A DNA stretch of 64,000 bases from Balneolales bacterium. Its GTDB lineage: Bacteria > Bacteroidota > Rhodothermia > Balneolales > Natronogracilivirgulaceae. Each line of letters starts with the position of its first letter. Within the stretch, counting starts at the first letter, position 1. Location of the stretch: positions 56,695-120,694 of the forward strand of contig SLKA01000041.1 in NCBI GenBank assembly GCA_007134845.1, read 5' to 3'. A program made the translations under genes and the position numbers. Below the pieces are notes generated by a model that was given only the letters and a program-made list of their open reading frames with translations, did no database searches and was not told where the DNA came from. This document shows, in pieces, positions 8,318-18,879 of the stretch.

Positions 8318-9805
8318 ATGAAGCCTGATATATATAAAGATTTGACTAAGCGGTACACGGCCATTCCTGTTTACCGGGTGATGATGGCTGACACCGTCAC
8401 ACCTGTTTCCCTGTTCCTGAAAATTCGCACTCAGGGAAATATTCCGTTTCTGCTGGAGTCGGTTGAAGGAGGGGAACATCTGGCGCGCTATTCATTTCTG
8501 GGTCGAAATCCATATCAGGTGCTCCGTTTTGCTGATGACAAGGTCACTTTGACCCACTTGAAGAATTCCGGGTCAGCCAGCGGGGATGAGAGAACGGAAG
8601 TGCTGAAGGAAAGTTATTTTGATGCCCTGCGGAGGCTTTGTCACACCCGGAGTGAACCGGTTATTCCCGATCTGCCCCGTCTCACGGGTGGCGCCGTCGG
8701 CTTTTCGGCCTATGATACCATACGTCAGGTGGAGCATCTGCCGGATGTACCCCAAGACGACCTGAATCTTCCTGAAGCTGTCTGGGCATTTTACGACGAA
8801 ATTTTTGCCTTCGACCACGTTAAGCACCGTGTGATTTTGATTAAAACGGTATTCACTGAACCCGGAGCTGATCATGACCGGCAATATGATGAAGCCTGTG
8901 ACTGCCTGGATCGCATGGCGCACATCATGAACCAGCCCGTAGCCGAGAGGGCCGGATACCGAAGAACCAGTGAAAATCCGGAGAGCAATATAACCCGGGA
9001 TAATTTCCGTCTGAATGTTGAAAAAGCAAAAAAATACATCCATGCGGGGGATATATTCCAGGTAGTGCTTTCCCAGCGTTTCCGGAGCAGTTTTGAAGGT
9101 GATCGTTTCATTCTTTACCGTGCACTGAGAATAGTTAATCCTTCTCCCTATCTGTTCTATCTGGACTTTGGAACGTTTGCCCTCATCGGTTCATCTCCGG
9201 AAGTACTGGTACAGGTGCAGGATGATATCGTGCGGGTGCTGCCCATAGCCGGAACCCGTCCGCGCGGTTCTGATGCAGAAGAGGATCTGAAATTCGAAAA
9301 AGATCTCATATCTGACGACAAGGAATTGGCCGAACACATCATGCTGGTCGATCTGGGTCGGAATGATTTGTCTCGGGTATGCCGTCCGGATACCGTAAAA
9401 CTGACACGGGACCGGGTGATAGAACGATATTCTCATGTTATGCATATCGTTTCTGATGTCAGCGGCAAACTTGCAGAAGGCATGACGGCGGTTGATGCTC
9501 TTGAAAACTGTTTTCCTGCCGGAACCGTCTCCGGTGCACCCAAAGTCAGGGCCATGGAGATTATCGATGAAATGGAGCCTACAAAACGCGGTCCTTATGC
9601 CGGAGCCGTTGGATACTTCGATTTTTCAGGCAATATGGATACTTGTATTGCAATTCGCACGATGATTGTGACGGAAAAGGACATATACATACAGGCGGGA
9701 GCCGGAATTGTTGCCGACAGTGACCCGGACCGTGAGTATGATGAAACCGTCAACAAAGCCAAAGCTCTTGTCGAGGCGCTCAGCATCGCCTTGAAGCTTG
9801 AATAG
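8318..9805 (+). CDS. trpE: anthranilate synthase component I
   Basis: 495 aa. LLESVEGGE, IAGTRPRG, GAVGYF and AGAGIVADSDP motifs typical of TrpE/chorismate-binding enzymes. First gene of the trp cluster. Confidence 0.95.
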   Translation: MKPDIYKDLTKRYTAIPVYRVMMADTVTPVSLFLKIRTQGNIPFLLESVEGGEHLARYSFLGRNPYQVLRFADDKVTLTHLKNSGSASGDERTEVLKESYFDALRRLCHTRSEPVIPDLPRLTGGAVGFSAYDTIRQVEHLPDVPQDDLNLPEAVWAFYDEIFAFDHVKHRVILIKTVFTEPGADHDRQYDEACDCLDRMAHIMNQPVAERAGYRRTSENPESNITRDNFRLNVEKAKKYIHAGDIFQVVLSQRFRSSFEGDRFILYRALRIVNPSPYLFYLDFGTFALIGSSPEVLVQVQDDIVRVLPIAGTRPRGSDAEEDLKFEKDLISDDKELAEHIMLVDLGRNDLSRVCRPDTVKLTRDRVIERYSHVMHIVSDVSGKLAEGMTAVDALENCFPAGTVSGAPKVRAMEIIDEMEPTKRGPYAGAVGYFDFSGNMDTCIAIRTMIVTEKDIYIQAGAGIVADSDPDREYDETVNKAKALVEALSIALKLE

Positions 9806-9915
9806 CTTGCTTCCACCATTGCATTCGGCAGAAAACGCAGAAAACAGAATTACAGCCGGTATGGGATTATCGCAAAAACATAAAATGAAGACAAAGCATA
9901 TTAACTGAAAACAGA

Positions 9916-10914
9916 ATGAACAAGCAGAAGAAAACCATTTTATCAGGAATTCAGCCTTCCGGAAGGCTGCATCTGGGAAACTATTTCGGAGCCATCCGGC
10001 AGCACCTTGATTTTCAGCACAGGGGAGATGCCTTTTATTTTATTGCCAACTATCACTCACTCACCTCCGTTCAGGAAGGTGCCTTGCTGCGTCAATATAC
10101 GTTTGACGTTGCATTGGACTACCTGGCACTGGGAATGAAACCGGAAAAATGTGCATTTTTTGCTCAAAGTGATGTGCCCCAGGTTCTTGAACTTTCATGG
10201 ATACTGGGCACGCTTACTCCGGTGAGTATGATGGAAAAAGGTGTTTCGTATAAGGACAAAGTGGCACAGGGGCTGCAGCCGAACATTGGATTGTTCACCT
10301 ATCCGGTTCTGCAGGCGGCTGACATTCTGATCTATCACTCGGATGTGGTGCCGGTCGGTGCCGATCAGAAGCAGAATATTGAAATGTCACGGGATCTGGC
10401 AGCCCGTTTCAACCGGATTTACGACGGAGACTATCTCAGAATACCCGAGCCGTTCATCGTTGAATCAGTTGCAACCGTTCCGGGAGTTGACGGCAGAAAA
10501 ATGAGCAAGTCTTATGATAATACCATCGATATTTTTGATCAGGGAAAGACTTTAAAAAAGAAAGTGATGTCTTTAGTAACAGATTCCACACCGCTGGAAG
10601 AACCGAAGGATCCTGATAAATGCAACGTCTACGCGTTGATTCGACTCTTTGCGACTGAAGAAAAGAACAAAGATATCCGGGATAAATACATTTCCGGTGG
10701 ATTCGGTTATGGACACGCAAAAAAGGAACTTCTGGCACTGATTGAAGATTACTTCAGTGAGGCCAGAGATCGAAGGGAAAATCTGGCTAAACGACCCGAT
10801 ACCGTTTGGGACATGCTTCGCGAAGGCGGGTTAAAAGCCCGTGAACGCGCTGAAATGGTGATGCAACCTGTACGGGAAGTCACAGGAATTGTCCGACATT
10901 TTACGACAAAATGA
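9916..10914 (+). CDS. trpS: tryptophan--tRNA ligase
   Basis: 332 aa. Class I HIGH-type motif (GRLHLGNY) and KMSKS (GRKMSKSY). Length and sequence fit a bacterial TrpRS. Located between trpE and trpG. Confidence 0.9.
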   Translation: MNKQKKTILSGIQPSGRLHLGNYFGAIRQHLDFQHRGDAFYFIANYHSLTSVQEGALLRQYTFDVALDYLALGMKPEKCAFFAQSDVPQVLELSWILGTLTPVSMMEKGVSYKDKVAQGLQPNIGLFTYPVLQAADILIYHSDVVPVGADQKQNIEMSRDLAARFNRIYDGDYLRIPEPFIVESVATVPGVDGRKMSKSYDNTIDIFDQGKTLKKKVMSLVTDSTPLEEPKDPDKCNVYALIRLFATEEKNKDIRDKYISGGFGYGHAKKELLALIEDYFSEARDRRENLAKRPDTVWDMLREGGLKARERAEMVMQPVREVTGIVRHFTTK

Positions 10915-10962
10915 GACGGATATTTCCAAATCACAAGTAATAACTGCCTATTTCTGTCATCC

Positions 10963-11559
10963 ATGGTTCTGATCATTGACAATTACGATTCTTTCACCTA
11001 TAACCTGGTTCATCTTGTGGCCCGGCACACAAGTTCGTTCAAGGTTGTCCGCAATGACAGAATAACTGTCAGCCAGATACGCAAACTCGGGCCGGACAAG
11101 ATCCTGATCTCCCCGGGTCCCGGCAGACCTGAAAATGCCGGGATTACAGAAGAAGTGATCCGTGATCTGGGTTCGCATGTACCCATACTCGGAGTATGTC
11201 TCGGGCATCAGGCCATTGGCCATGTGCACGGAGCCCGGGTGGTATCTGCGCCGTCATTGATGCATGGAAAGACATCGCATATCCTGCACAATAATTCAGC
11301 GCTCTATGAAAATGTATCACAGACCTTTGTCGCAACACGCTATCACTCGCTCGTACTGGAGGAAAAGAGTATAAGCGATGATTTTGAGATCACCTCACGG
11401 ACAGATGACGGGGTGGTGATGGGCATCCGTCATAAAAAGTTTCCACTGGAGGGAATACAGTTTCATCCCGAGAGCATCTTGACTGTAGAGGGACCGAAAT
11501 TGATAGAAAACTGGATGAAAAGCGATTGTGAATCAGGGTTGAATAAAACCAATAACTGA
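10963..11559 (+). CDS. trpG: anthranilate synthase component II (glutamine amidotransferase)
   Basis: 198 aa. Class I GATase motifs PGPGRP, GVCLGHQ (catalytic Cys) and QFHPES. The position inside the trp operon favours trpG over pabA, though a bifunctional TrpG/PabA is possible. Confidence 0.85.
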   Translation: MVLIIDNYDSFTYNLVHLVARHTSSFKVVRNDRITVSQIRKLGPDKILISPGPGRPENAGITEEVIRDLGSHVPILGVCLGHQAIGHVHGARVVSAPSLMHGKTSHILHNNSALYENVSQTFVATRYHSLVLEEKSISDDFEITSRTDDGVVMGIRHKKFPLEGIQFHPESILTVEGPKLIENWMKSDCESGLNKTNN

Positions 11560-11562
11560 CAA

Positions 11563-12603
11563 ATGGAAGATTTTACTTACATTCTGCAAAAGATTACTGA
11601 AAAAAAGGAGCTTCTGACGGAAGAAGCCGGTTTCGCTTTGCGGCAAATCGTAACCGGGAAGGTCAACCCGTCCAGAACAGCCGCTTTTCTCTATGGTATG
11701 AGCTGCAAGGGGGAAACGGTAGAAGAACTAACCGCCTTTGTTCATGTCATGCGTGATGCAGCAGTAAATGTTAATGTTGATACGGAATCAGCCATTGATC
11801 TGTGCGGTACCGGCGGCGACAAATCAGGCACGTTCAACATCTCCACCGCTGCCATGTTTGTCACGGCGGGGGCCGACGTGCCTGTGCTGAAACACGGAAA
11901 TGCCGGGGTTTCCAGCAAAAGCGGCAGCTACGATGTGCTCAAATGCCTTGGTGTGCATCCCGATTTGCCAAAAGAAAAAGTCGAAAACTGTTTCCGTGAA
12001 ACGGGAATGGCTTTCATGTTTGCACCTTTGTTCCATCCGGCCATGGCACACGTGATGCCGGTAAGAAAAGAGCTTGGCATGCGCACCTTTTTTAACATCA
12101 TGGGACCCATGCTGAATCCGGCTGGTGTAAGGCGCCAGGTGATTGGTGCCTTTAGCCGGGAAACCGCACATAACATCGTCCGTATTCTTTTGAATCTGGG
12201 AACAGAGTTCGCCTATGCTGTTCATGCAGATGATGGCCTTGATGAACTGTCCACTACCGCTCCGACCCATGTTTATCAGCTTATAGACAGGAATGTCACT
12301 AACAGCAGGATTGTGCATTCAGGTGTTTTCGGCCTGTCTCAGACGACGCTACAGGATCTCCGTGGCGGTTCACCTGAAATCAATGCAGAAATAATTCGAG
12401 CTGTTTTGGATGACAAGGCTACCAGGGCCCAAAGAGAGGTTGTTTTGTTGAATGCAGCTTTTGCCATACATACTTCCGGAATTTACGATGACATCCAGGA
12501 AGCCTATTATGCCGCTGAGGAAAGCCTGGAATCAGGCAACGCTCGTGATGCCTTAAATAAATTCGCAATATGCACTTCAGATTTACATAATTCATCAATA
12601 TGA
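11563..12603 (+). CDS. trpD: anthranilate phosphoribosyltransferase
   Basis: 346 aa. CGTGGDKSGTFNISTAA motif, glycine-rich PRPP-binding region, operon context. Confidence 0.93.
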   Translation: MEDFTYILQKITEKKELLTEEAGFALRQIVTGKVNPSRTAAFLYGMSCKGETVEELTAFVHVMRDAAVNVNVDTESAIDLCGTGGDKSGTFNISTAAMFVTAGADVPVLKHGNAGVSSKSGSYDVLKCLGVHPDLPKEKVENCFRETGMAFMFAPLFHPAMAHVMPVRKELGMRTFFNIMGPMLNPAGVRRQVIGAFSRETAHNIVRILLNLGTEFAYAVHADDGLDELSTTAPTHVYQLIDRNVTNSRIVHSGVFGLSQTTLQDLRGGSPEINAEIIRAVLDDKATRAQREVVLLNAAFAIHTSGIYDDIQEAYYAAEESLESGNARDALNKFAICTSDLHNSSI

Positions 12604-12678
12604 TTATCGAAAAGTGTAGCATCAACCATATCGTGATCCGGAGTTATTGATCGCGTAACAATGAAAAGGATATAAAAC

Positions 12679-13494
12679 ATGGCGCCAATTTCCATACTTG
12701 ATACTATCGTGAGCAGAAAAAAGGAGGAACTCACTGCACGTAAAAAGGCAGTGCAGGAGCATGATTTCCTTTCATTCAAAGAGTATGAGCGTCCCAGAAG
12801 AGATTTTGGTGTGGCATTGCGCAAATCCGGCAGTGTTTCCGTGATCGCGGAAATTAAAAAGGCTTCGCCTTCAAAGGGTGTAATCAGAAGTGATTTCAAT
12901 CCCGCCCTGATTGCAAAAAACTATCAGGACAATGGCGCGTCTGCATTATCCGTGCTGACCGATGAGCCTTTTTTCCAGGGATCCCTGATCTACCTGCAGG
13001 AAGTGTCTGCCATTACACACCTTCCCCTGCTCAGAAAAGATTTTATCATTGATCCCTATCAGATTACGGAAGCCCGCGGCTGGGGTGCCGATGCCGTCCT
13101 TCTAATCGTTAAAATACTGGATAAATCCCAGCTTTTTGAACTTCATACTGCTGCCAGGGAGATCGATTTACAGGTCCTGGTCGAGTGTTATGACCAGGAG
13201 GACTGGGATCGGCTGGACTTCGACACGTTTTCCATTGTCGGTGTCAACAACAGAAACCTTGACACATTCAAAGTGGATATCCACCGGGGCGTTTCTTTGC
13301 TGAGAAACGCTCCGGATGGTGTTATTCGAGTCTCGGAAAGCGGACTTGGCCATCCTGATGACCTCCTTTTTCTGAAGGATAACGGCATTCACAGTGCACT
13401 GATTGGCGAACATTTTATGCGGGCTGAGAATCCGGGCGATGAACTCGCCCGCTTTACGAAAATCTTCTCCGGCCCCGAAGACAACGGACAATAA
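12679..13494 (+). CDS. trpC: indole-3-glycerol phosphate synthase
   Basis: 271 aa. VIAEIKKASPSKG motif and TIM-barrel pattern, operon context. Confidence 0.93.
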   Translation: MAPISILDTIVSRKKEELTARKKAVQEHDFLSFKEYERPRRDFGVALRKSGSVSVIAEIKKASPSKGVIRSDFNPALIAKNYQDNGASALSVLTDEPFFQGSLIYLQEVSAITHLPLLRKDFIIDPYQITEARGWGADAVLLIVKILDKSQLFELHTAAREIDLQVLVECYDQEDWDRLDFDTFSIVGVNNRNLDTFKVDIHRGVSLLRNAPDGVIRVSESGLGHPDDLLFLKDNGIHSALIGEHFMRAENPGDELARFTKIFSGPEDNGQ

Positions 13495-13558
13495 CACTCA
13501 GGCACAAATAAATACACATACAATATATTGTTAATTGTAAATACTGATTAGATAATAC

Positions 13559-14233
13559 GTGATTAAAACATCAACGGATACATATCAACTGCCAAAGCTA
13601 AAAATCTGTGGTATCACAACACTTGAGGATGCCAGATATGCCGCAGGTGCACTGGCAGATTATCTGGGCTTTATCTTCTATCAAAACAGCCCGCGTTATA
13701 TCACTCCAAGAGATGCAGCCGAAATTATAAGATGGATTGAAGGTCCGCTAAAAACCGGAGTTTTTGTAAATCAGCCGGCTGCGCACGTGAATCAGATTAT
13801 TGAGCAGACCGGCATTGACCTTGTTCAGCTGCATGGTAATGAAACCCCGGAATATGCAACAGAAATTAACGTTCCGGTTATAAAAGCTTTTCATATTCGT
13901 GAAAATGTCGACATACCTGGTATCAGAAATGAAATAAATCGCTGGGAAAAGCATGCTGATTTTTTTCTGTTTGATACTAAAACTGACAAAATGCACGGCG
14001 GAACCGGATTGACATGGGATTGGAATCTGATTACCCGGTTATCACCCCGGAAACCTTTTTTCCTCGCCGGTGGGATTAACGCTGGTAATGTAGCCGATGC
14101 TGTTGCCACAGGTCGACCTTTTGCTGTCGATCTTTCCAGCAGTATTGAACAATCTCCCGGTATAAAAGACTTTGATAAAATGCAGCACTTCTTCGATAGC
14201 TGGAACGTACTCAGAGACAATTTAGAAGGATAA
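13559..14233 (+). CDS. trpF: phosphoribosylanthranilate isomerase
   Basis: 224 aa with a GTG start. LKICGIT near the N-terminus, QLHG, and LAGGINAGNV near the C-terminus. Operon context. Confidence 0.88.
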   Translation: MIKTSTDTYQLPKLKICGITTLEDARYAAGALADYLGFIFYQNSPRYITPRDAAEIIRWIEGPLKTGVFVNQPAAHVNQIIEQTGIDLVQLHGNETPEYATEINVPVIKAFHIRENVDIPGIRNEINRWEKHADFFLFDTKTDKMHGGTGLTWDWNLITRLSPRKPFFLAGGINAGNVADAVATGRPFAVDLSSSIEQSPGIKDFDKMQHFFDSWNVLRDNLEG

Positions 14234-14273
14234 ACATTAGCATACTGAATTTAATAATTCCAAAATACATCAA

Positions 14274-15494
14274 ATGAAAACAGCAAAAAGCCCGGAAGTA
14301 GCATCAGCAGAAACACCGGACAAACGAGGTTTTTACGGGAAGTTTGGCGGGAGATATGTTCCTGAAATTCTCCTGCCTGCGCTCGATGATCTTAACGCGG
14401 CATTTGCCGATGTGCGCAATGACGCGTCATTTCAGCAACAGTACCAGACCCTGCTGAAGGAATATGTTGGGAGGGAAACACCTCTGACGTATGCAGGCCG
14501 GCTAACCGGGCATTTTGGCAAAGCACGTATCTATCTGAAGAGAGAAGATCTATGTCATACAGGTGCACACAAAATCAACAATGCGATCGGGCAGGTTCTG
14601 CTGGCACGGAAAATGGGGAAAACCAGAATCATTGCTGAAACAGGAGCAGGTCAGCACGGCGTGGCTACGGCAACGGTATGTGCACATTTCGGGATGTCTT
14701 GCATTATCTACATGGGATCCGAGGATATTTCGCGCCAGAAGCTGAATGTGGACCGGATGCGGCTTCTTGGAGCTGAAGTCAGGCCGGTGGAATCAGGTGC
14801 CAAAACACTAAGCAATGCAATAAACGAGGCAATTCGCGACTGGGTCAGCAATGTTGATGATACATTTTACATTATTGGTTCGGCTGTCGGACCGCATCCC
14901 TATCCGCTCATGGTGCGTGAGTTTCAATCGGTTATCGGTACAGAGACCATCGACCAGTCACTTGAGCAGGAGGGACGGCTGCCTGATTATGTTCTTGCCT
15001 GTGTTGGCGGGGGGTCCAATGCCATCGGCATGTTCTATCCGATGCTGGACTACCAGGATATCAGACTCTATGGCATTGAAGCAGCCGGAGAGGGGGTGCA
15101 GACATCACGACATGCGGCAACACTCACCGGCGGACACCCGGGCATCCTGCACGGCTCCCTGAGCTACCTGCTTCAGACAGAACATGGGCAAATTGCTGAA
15201 GCCCACTCTGTAAGTGCAGGTCTTGACTATCCCGGAGTTGGCCCGGAACACTCGTTTCTACGCGACACCGGCCGGGTAACCTACACTTCCGTTACGGATG
15301 ATCAGGCAATAGAGGGAGTCCGGCTGCTGTCATCAAAAGAAGGGATCATACCTGCACTTGAAACTGCGCATGCGATTGCGTATCTGCATGAGCTAATGCC
15401 CCGAACCAGATCAGATGAATTTGTGGTGATCAATTGCTCGGGGCGCGGCGACAAAGACATGGAAACCATTGCAAAATTTATAAAACAGCCATAA
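14274..15494 (+). CDS. trpB: tryptophan synthase beta chain
   Basis: 406 aa. PLP-lysine motif [17 protein letters not shown], and strong overall TrpB character. Confidence 0.96.
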   Translation: MKTAKSPEVASAETPDKRGFYGKFGGRYVPEILLPALDDLNAAFADVRNDASFQQQYQTLLKEYVGRETPLTYAGRLTGHFGKARIYLKREDLCHTGAHKINNAIGQVLLARKMGKTRIIAETGAGQHGVATATVCAHFGMSCIIYMGSEDISRQKLNVDRMRLLGAEVRPVESGAKTLSNAINEAIRDWVSNVDDTFYIIGSAVGPHPYPLMVREFQSVIGTETIDQSLEQEGRLPDYVLACVGGGSNAIGMFYPMLDYQDIRLYGIEAAGEGVQTSRHAATLTGGHPGILHGSLSYLLQTEHGQIAEAHSVSAGLDYPGVGPEHSFLRDTGRVTYTSVTDDQAIEGVRLLSSKEGIIPALETAHAIAYLHELMPRTRSDEFVVINCSGRGDKDMETIAKFIKQP

Positions 15495-15574
15495 TCGTTT
15501 GGCGGACATGCAAACGCATGATTGCCTTGTTATGAACTATCCATCTGACCTTGACGATCTATTCCAATAAACAC

Positions 15575-16405
15575 ATGAGTAACACTGGCAGACTTGAAAA
15601 TCTTTTTAGCGGCAGAAAACAAGGGCAGAAAATTATGAGCCTGTTCATCACTGCCGGCTATCCTGATCCCGGATCAACCGTAGAACTGGTAGAAGAGCTT
15701 GAAGCTTCCGGGGCTGACATCATTGAGCTTGGCATGCCATTCAGCGACCCGCTTGCCGATGGTCCCACCATTCAGTATGCCAGTAAAGTGGCACTGGACC
15801 AAGGAGTAAACATAGATTCCATCTTTGAAATGGTACGAGCGATACGTAACCGTTCCGAAATTCCCATTGTTTTGATGGGATATATTAATCCTGTCTTGCA
15901 ATATGGATTACAAGCTTTTTTTCTCAAAGCATCCAGTGTTGGGGTGGATGGCATCATACTTCCGGATGTTCCGCCGGGAGAATTTCCGGAGGTTGAGGCA
16001 CTTTGTTCTGATTATGACATAGCACCGGTATTCCTGGTTGCCCCTAATACCTCCGAAGAACGGATGCGCATTGTTGACCAGGCCAGCAGGGGTTTTGTGT
16101 ACTGCGTATCAGTAACCGGTGTTACCGGAGCCCGTGAAGGCTCTGAGGTAAGTCTCTCTGTCGGGAAATTTATTGACAAGGTTCGAAAAAACGTGACGCA
16201 GAATCCGATACTTATTGGATTCGGAATCCGTAATCATCAGGATGCCATGGCAATTTCCGGAAAAGTGGATGGATTCATAGTGGGCAGTGCCCTGATCGAC
16301 CATATTCGCATGGTTTACAGCCGGCCAGACTGGATCAGGAGGACCGGGACTTTCGTAAGACATCTTAAATATGGTGTAAAAACCGGTTCTGACAAATCCG
16401 AATAA
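15575..16405 (+). CDS. trpA: tryptophan synthase alpha chain
   Basis: ELGMPFSDPLADGPTIQ motif. The supplied ORF begins at a TTG (15551), but the first ATG at 15575 (MSNTGRLENLF) is the more likely start. Confidence 0.9.
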   Translation: MSNTGRLENLFSGRKQGQKIMSLFITAGYPDPGSTVELVEELEASGADIIELGMPFSDPLADGPTIQYASKVALDQGVNIDSIFEMVRAIRNRSEIPIVLMGYINPVLQYGLQAFFLKASSVGVDGIILPDVPPGEFPEVEALCSDYDIAPVFLVAPNTSEERMRIVDQASRGFVYCVSVTGVTGAREGSEVSLSVGKFIDKVRKNVTQNPILIGFGIRNHQDAMAISGKVDGFIVGSALIDHIRMVYSRPDWIRRTGTFVRHLKYGVKTGSDKSE

Positions 16406-16493
16406 TAACACGTCGTATTCCTTCATATCATAAATAAAGCAGGATGATCGTTAACACCCAAACCGCCAACCAACCATATTTCAAAAACCAACC

Positions 16494-17615
16494 ATGTTTC
16501 AGATGACCCGCAAAAACTATTTACCATTTCTTTTTTTAGTCATATCCGGTTTATTTATTTGGACGGCATGCGACGAAGATTATCGCAGGTCAGCGCAGGG
16601 TGGATTTTCAGAAGTGCTGGTGGTTATGGACTCAACGCAGTGGAGCAGTCCGACCGCTGATGCCATTCGTGCCACATTCGGCAGGGAGATGATGACACTG
16701 CCCAGGCCGGAGGCAAAGTACGATCTCAGGTTCATGGACCTCCGGACAAACAGGGATCTGGAATATGCTAAAAACTTCAAAAATACCATATTTGCCGCAC
16801 CTATTGACGAGGATAGCAATGTCGGTTCCTTTTTGCGCGCTGTGCTGAGTGAGGATATCAAACAGCGGATCGCTGAGGGGCGCAATTTTGCCTTTCCTCT
16901 TCAAAACCGCTGGTACCGGGACCAATGGACACTGTTTCTGTCTGCTCCCGACCATCAAGCACTTGCCAGAAAGATCATGGATTCGGAACGGTCACTGGTA
17001 GCCAGTCTTGACCAGGTGGAGCGGGGCAGATGGCAGCGTCAGGTATATCGCAGAGGGGAACAGGCCCATCTTGCCGACACCCTTATGGAAAATCATGGCT
17101 TCCGTATTCGTGTGCAGCACGATTACAGAATAGGTGTCGATACAACCGGCTTTATCTCCCTTCGAAGATATCTTCACGACAACGACCGATGGATATGGTT
17201 TGCGTATATGGATGGCCATGACGGACTCGACGATATTGATCCGGATTGGATCAATGCCGTGCGTGACAGCCTGAACCGTCAGTTTATCAGAGGAACAAGA
17301 GAAGAATCCTATGTAACCACAGAATACCGCTCACCACGTGTTGTGGAAACCGTTCAGACACGCATTGATGGTCGGCCCGCTTTGGAAACAAGGGGAACCT
17401 GGAGAATGACCAATGATATTATGGGCGGTCCGTTTCTTCACTATACGGTGTATGATGAGCATCAGAACAGATTATACATGATGGAGTTTGCGCAATTTGC
17501 TCCCCGCTACAGCAAACGACGATTCATGAATCAGTTTGAAGCTATCGCCCATACCTTTGAAACCGATACCACAAAGACACCCGAGCCTGTGGCACTCAGG
17601 CAGAATCTCAGGTAG
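16494..17615 (+). CDS. DUF4837-like lipoprotein (hypothetical)
   Basis: 373 aa with signal peptide and lipobox (IWTAC). The N-terminal pattern G..SEVLVVMDS.QW.......I...F......LP.PE..YD resembles my memory of DUF4837. This is unverified. Confidence 0.45.
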   Translation: MFQMTRKNYLPFLFLVISGLFIWTACDEDYRRSAQGGFSEVLVVMDSTQWSSPTADAIRATFGREMMTLPRPEAKYDLRFMDLRTNRDLEYAKNFKNTIFAAPIDEDSNVGSFLRAVLSEDIKQRIAEGRNFAFPLQNRWYRDQWTLFLSAPDHQALARKIMDSERSLVASLDQVERGRWQRQVYRRGEQAHLADTLMENHGFRIRVQHDYRIGVDTTGFISLRRYLHDNDRWIWFAYMDGHDGLDDIDPDWINAVRDSLNRQFIRGTREESYVTTEYRSPRVVETVQTRIDGRPALETRGTWRMTNDIMGGPFLHYTVYDEHQNRLYMMEFAQFAPRYSKRRFMNQFEAIAHTFETDTTKTPEPVALRQNLR

Positions 17616-17784
17616 AATAACAACTGGCAGATGTGCAGTCTTACCCGGTCGATAAATTTCTTCACACAAAATTCACGCCTCTTTGGTGATGAATCTGAAG
17701 ATAAGTTGCAATAAAACGAGATCAGAAATTCAGTCCGTTTGATCTATTCAGACCAATAATAAGGGATTCAGTCCATAACGGGAC

Positions 17785-18753
17785 TCAGTCCATTGACATG
17801 GGGTTGCTGTCAGCTATTCGACGGTACTCGATGTATTCATCTGGAGTCAGGTCAGCGAACATGTAATTCAGCGGATCCACGGATTCGCCATTATTTCGGA
17901 CCTCATAGTGGAGATGGGGGCCACTGGTAACGCCGGAATTGCCGCTGTAAGCAACGACTTGCCCCCGTTCTACACTCACACCCGGCCGAATGTCTTCGGC
18001 AAGCCCTGAAAGGTGAGCATATCGGGTTTCATATCCATGACCATGGTCAATAACAAGCATAAGTCCGTAAGTACCCCGGCGTCTGGCTGATTTAACCACG
18101 CCATCACCTGTTGCATAGACATTGCTTCCGATTCGCGCGCGAAAATCAACACCTTCATGCATTCTCTTGTAACCAAGCACCGGATGGCGGCGCATCCCGT
18201 GTCCGCTCAGAATGATTCCAGAAACCGGACGAATGGCTGGAATATTCTGCATCAACTCCTTGTTTTCATTGTAGTGGGCCTTGATCTCTTCAAAGCTGAG
18301 TTTCTGTATGTTGATCCGGCGTTCAATACTTTCGAGATTACTTGCTGTCCAACGCAGCAAATCCGATGAATGTTCACTGTAGGCATCGAATTCTGAGTAA
18401 CGGTCGGCACCACCAATGCCAGCCTGACGCTCATCATCTGAAAGTGGGTCAATACCGAGCATTGTTCTGTACAGCTCGTTGTCCATATTGGCAATGGCTG
18501 CTATTTGCTGATCCATGTATATAATACTGCTTCGGGTGTCATTCAGCTGTTCATAGAGGGCTTTATTTTCGGCCTTTAGAGCTATTTCGGCAGGGGATCC
18601 CACTGAAAAGGATAGCAAGGACAGGGAAACCGTACTAAGTACCGCACCGATCAGGATCCACAAACTGAGAGTGTACACACCACGCTCAACAGGTCCGTAC
18701 TGTACAGGAATAAATTGACACTCCTGTTCGTCGTAGAAGAAGTAATTTTTCAA
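17785..18753 (-). CDS. M23 family metallopeptidase (EnvC/NlpD-like, with coiled-coil region)
   Basis: 322 aa. N-terminal TM, coiled-coil-like middle, and a C-terminal LytM domain with HEGVDF and GPHLHYEV motifs. Confidence 0.85.
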   Translation of the reverse strand: MKNYFFYDEQECQFIPVQYGPVERGVYTLSLWILIGAVLSTVSLSLLSFSVGSPAEIALKAENKALYEQLNDTRSSIIYMDQQIAAIANMDNELYRTMLGIDPLSDDERQAGIGGADRYSEFDAYSEHSSDLLRWTASNLESIERRINIQKLSFEEIKAHYNENKELMQNIPAIRPVSGIILSGHGMRRHPVLGYKRMHEGVDFRARIGSNVYATGDGVVKSARRRGTYGLMLVIDHGHGYETRYAHLSGLAEDIRPGVSVERGQVVAYSGNSGVTSGPHLHYEVRNNGESVDPLNYMFADLTPDEYIEYRRIADSNPMSMD

Positions 18754-18879
18754 AACCGGGGTTGCCTTTACAGTTACAATGAATGGGGCAAATGCAGGAC
18801 AATAATGACAATACTTTATTTGACAAAGATAAAAGAAATAGACAAGAATCCAAAAAACAAAGGAAATGCTGCTTTTATA

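Noticed and set aside
10963-11559. Calling this GATase pabA (aminodeoxychorismate synthase II) rather than trpG
   Set aside because: Sequence alone cannot separate the two. Placement between trpS and trpD inside the trp operon favours trpG, and a shared TrpG/PabA role remains possible, as noted in the feature.
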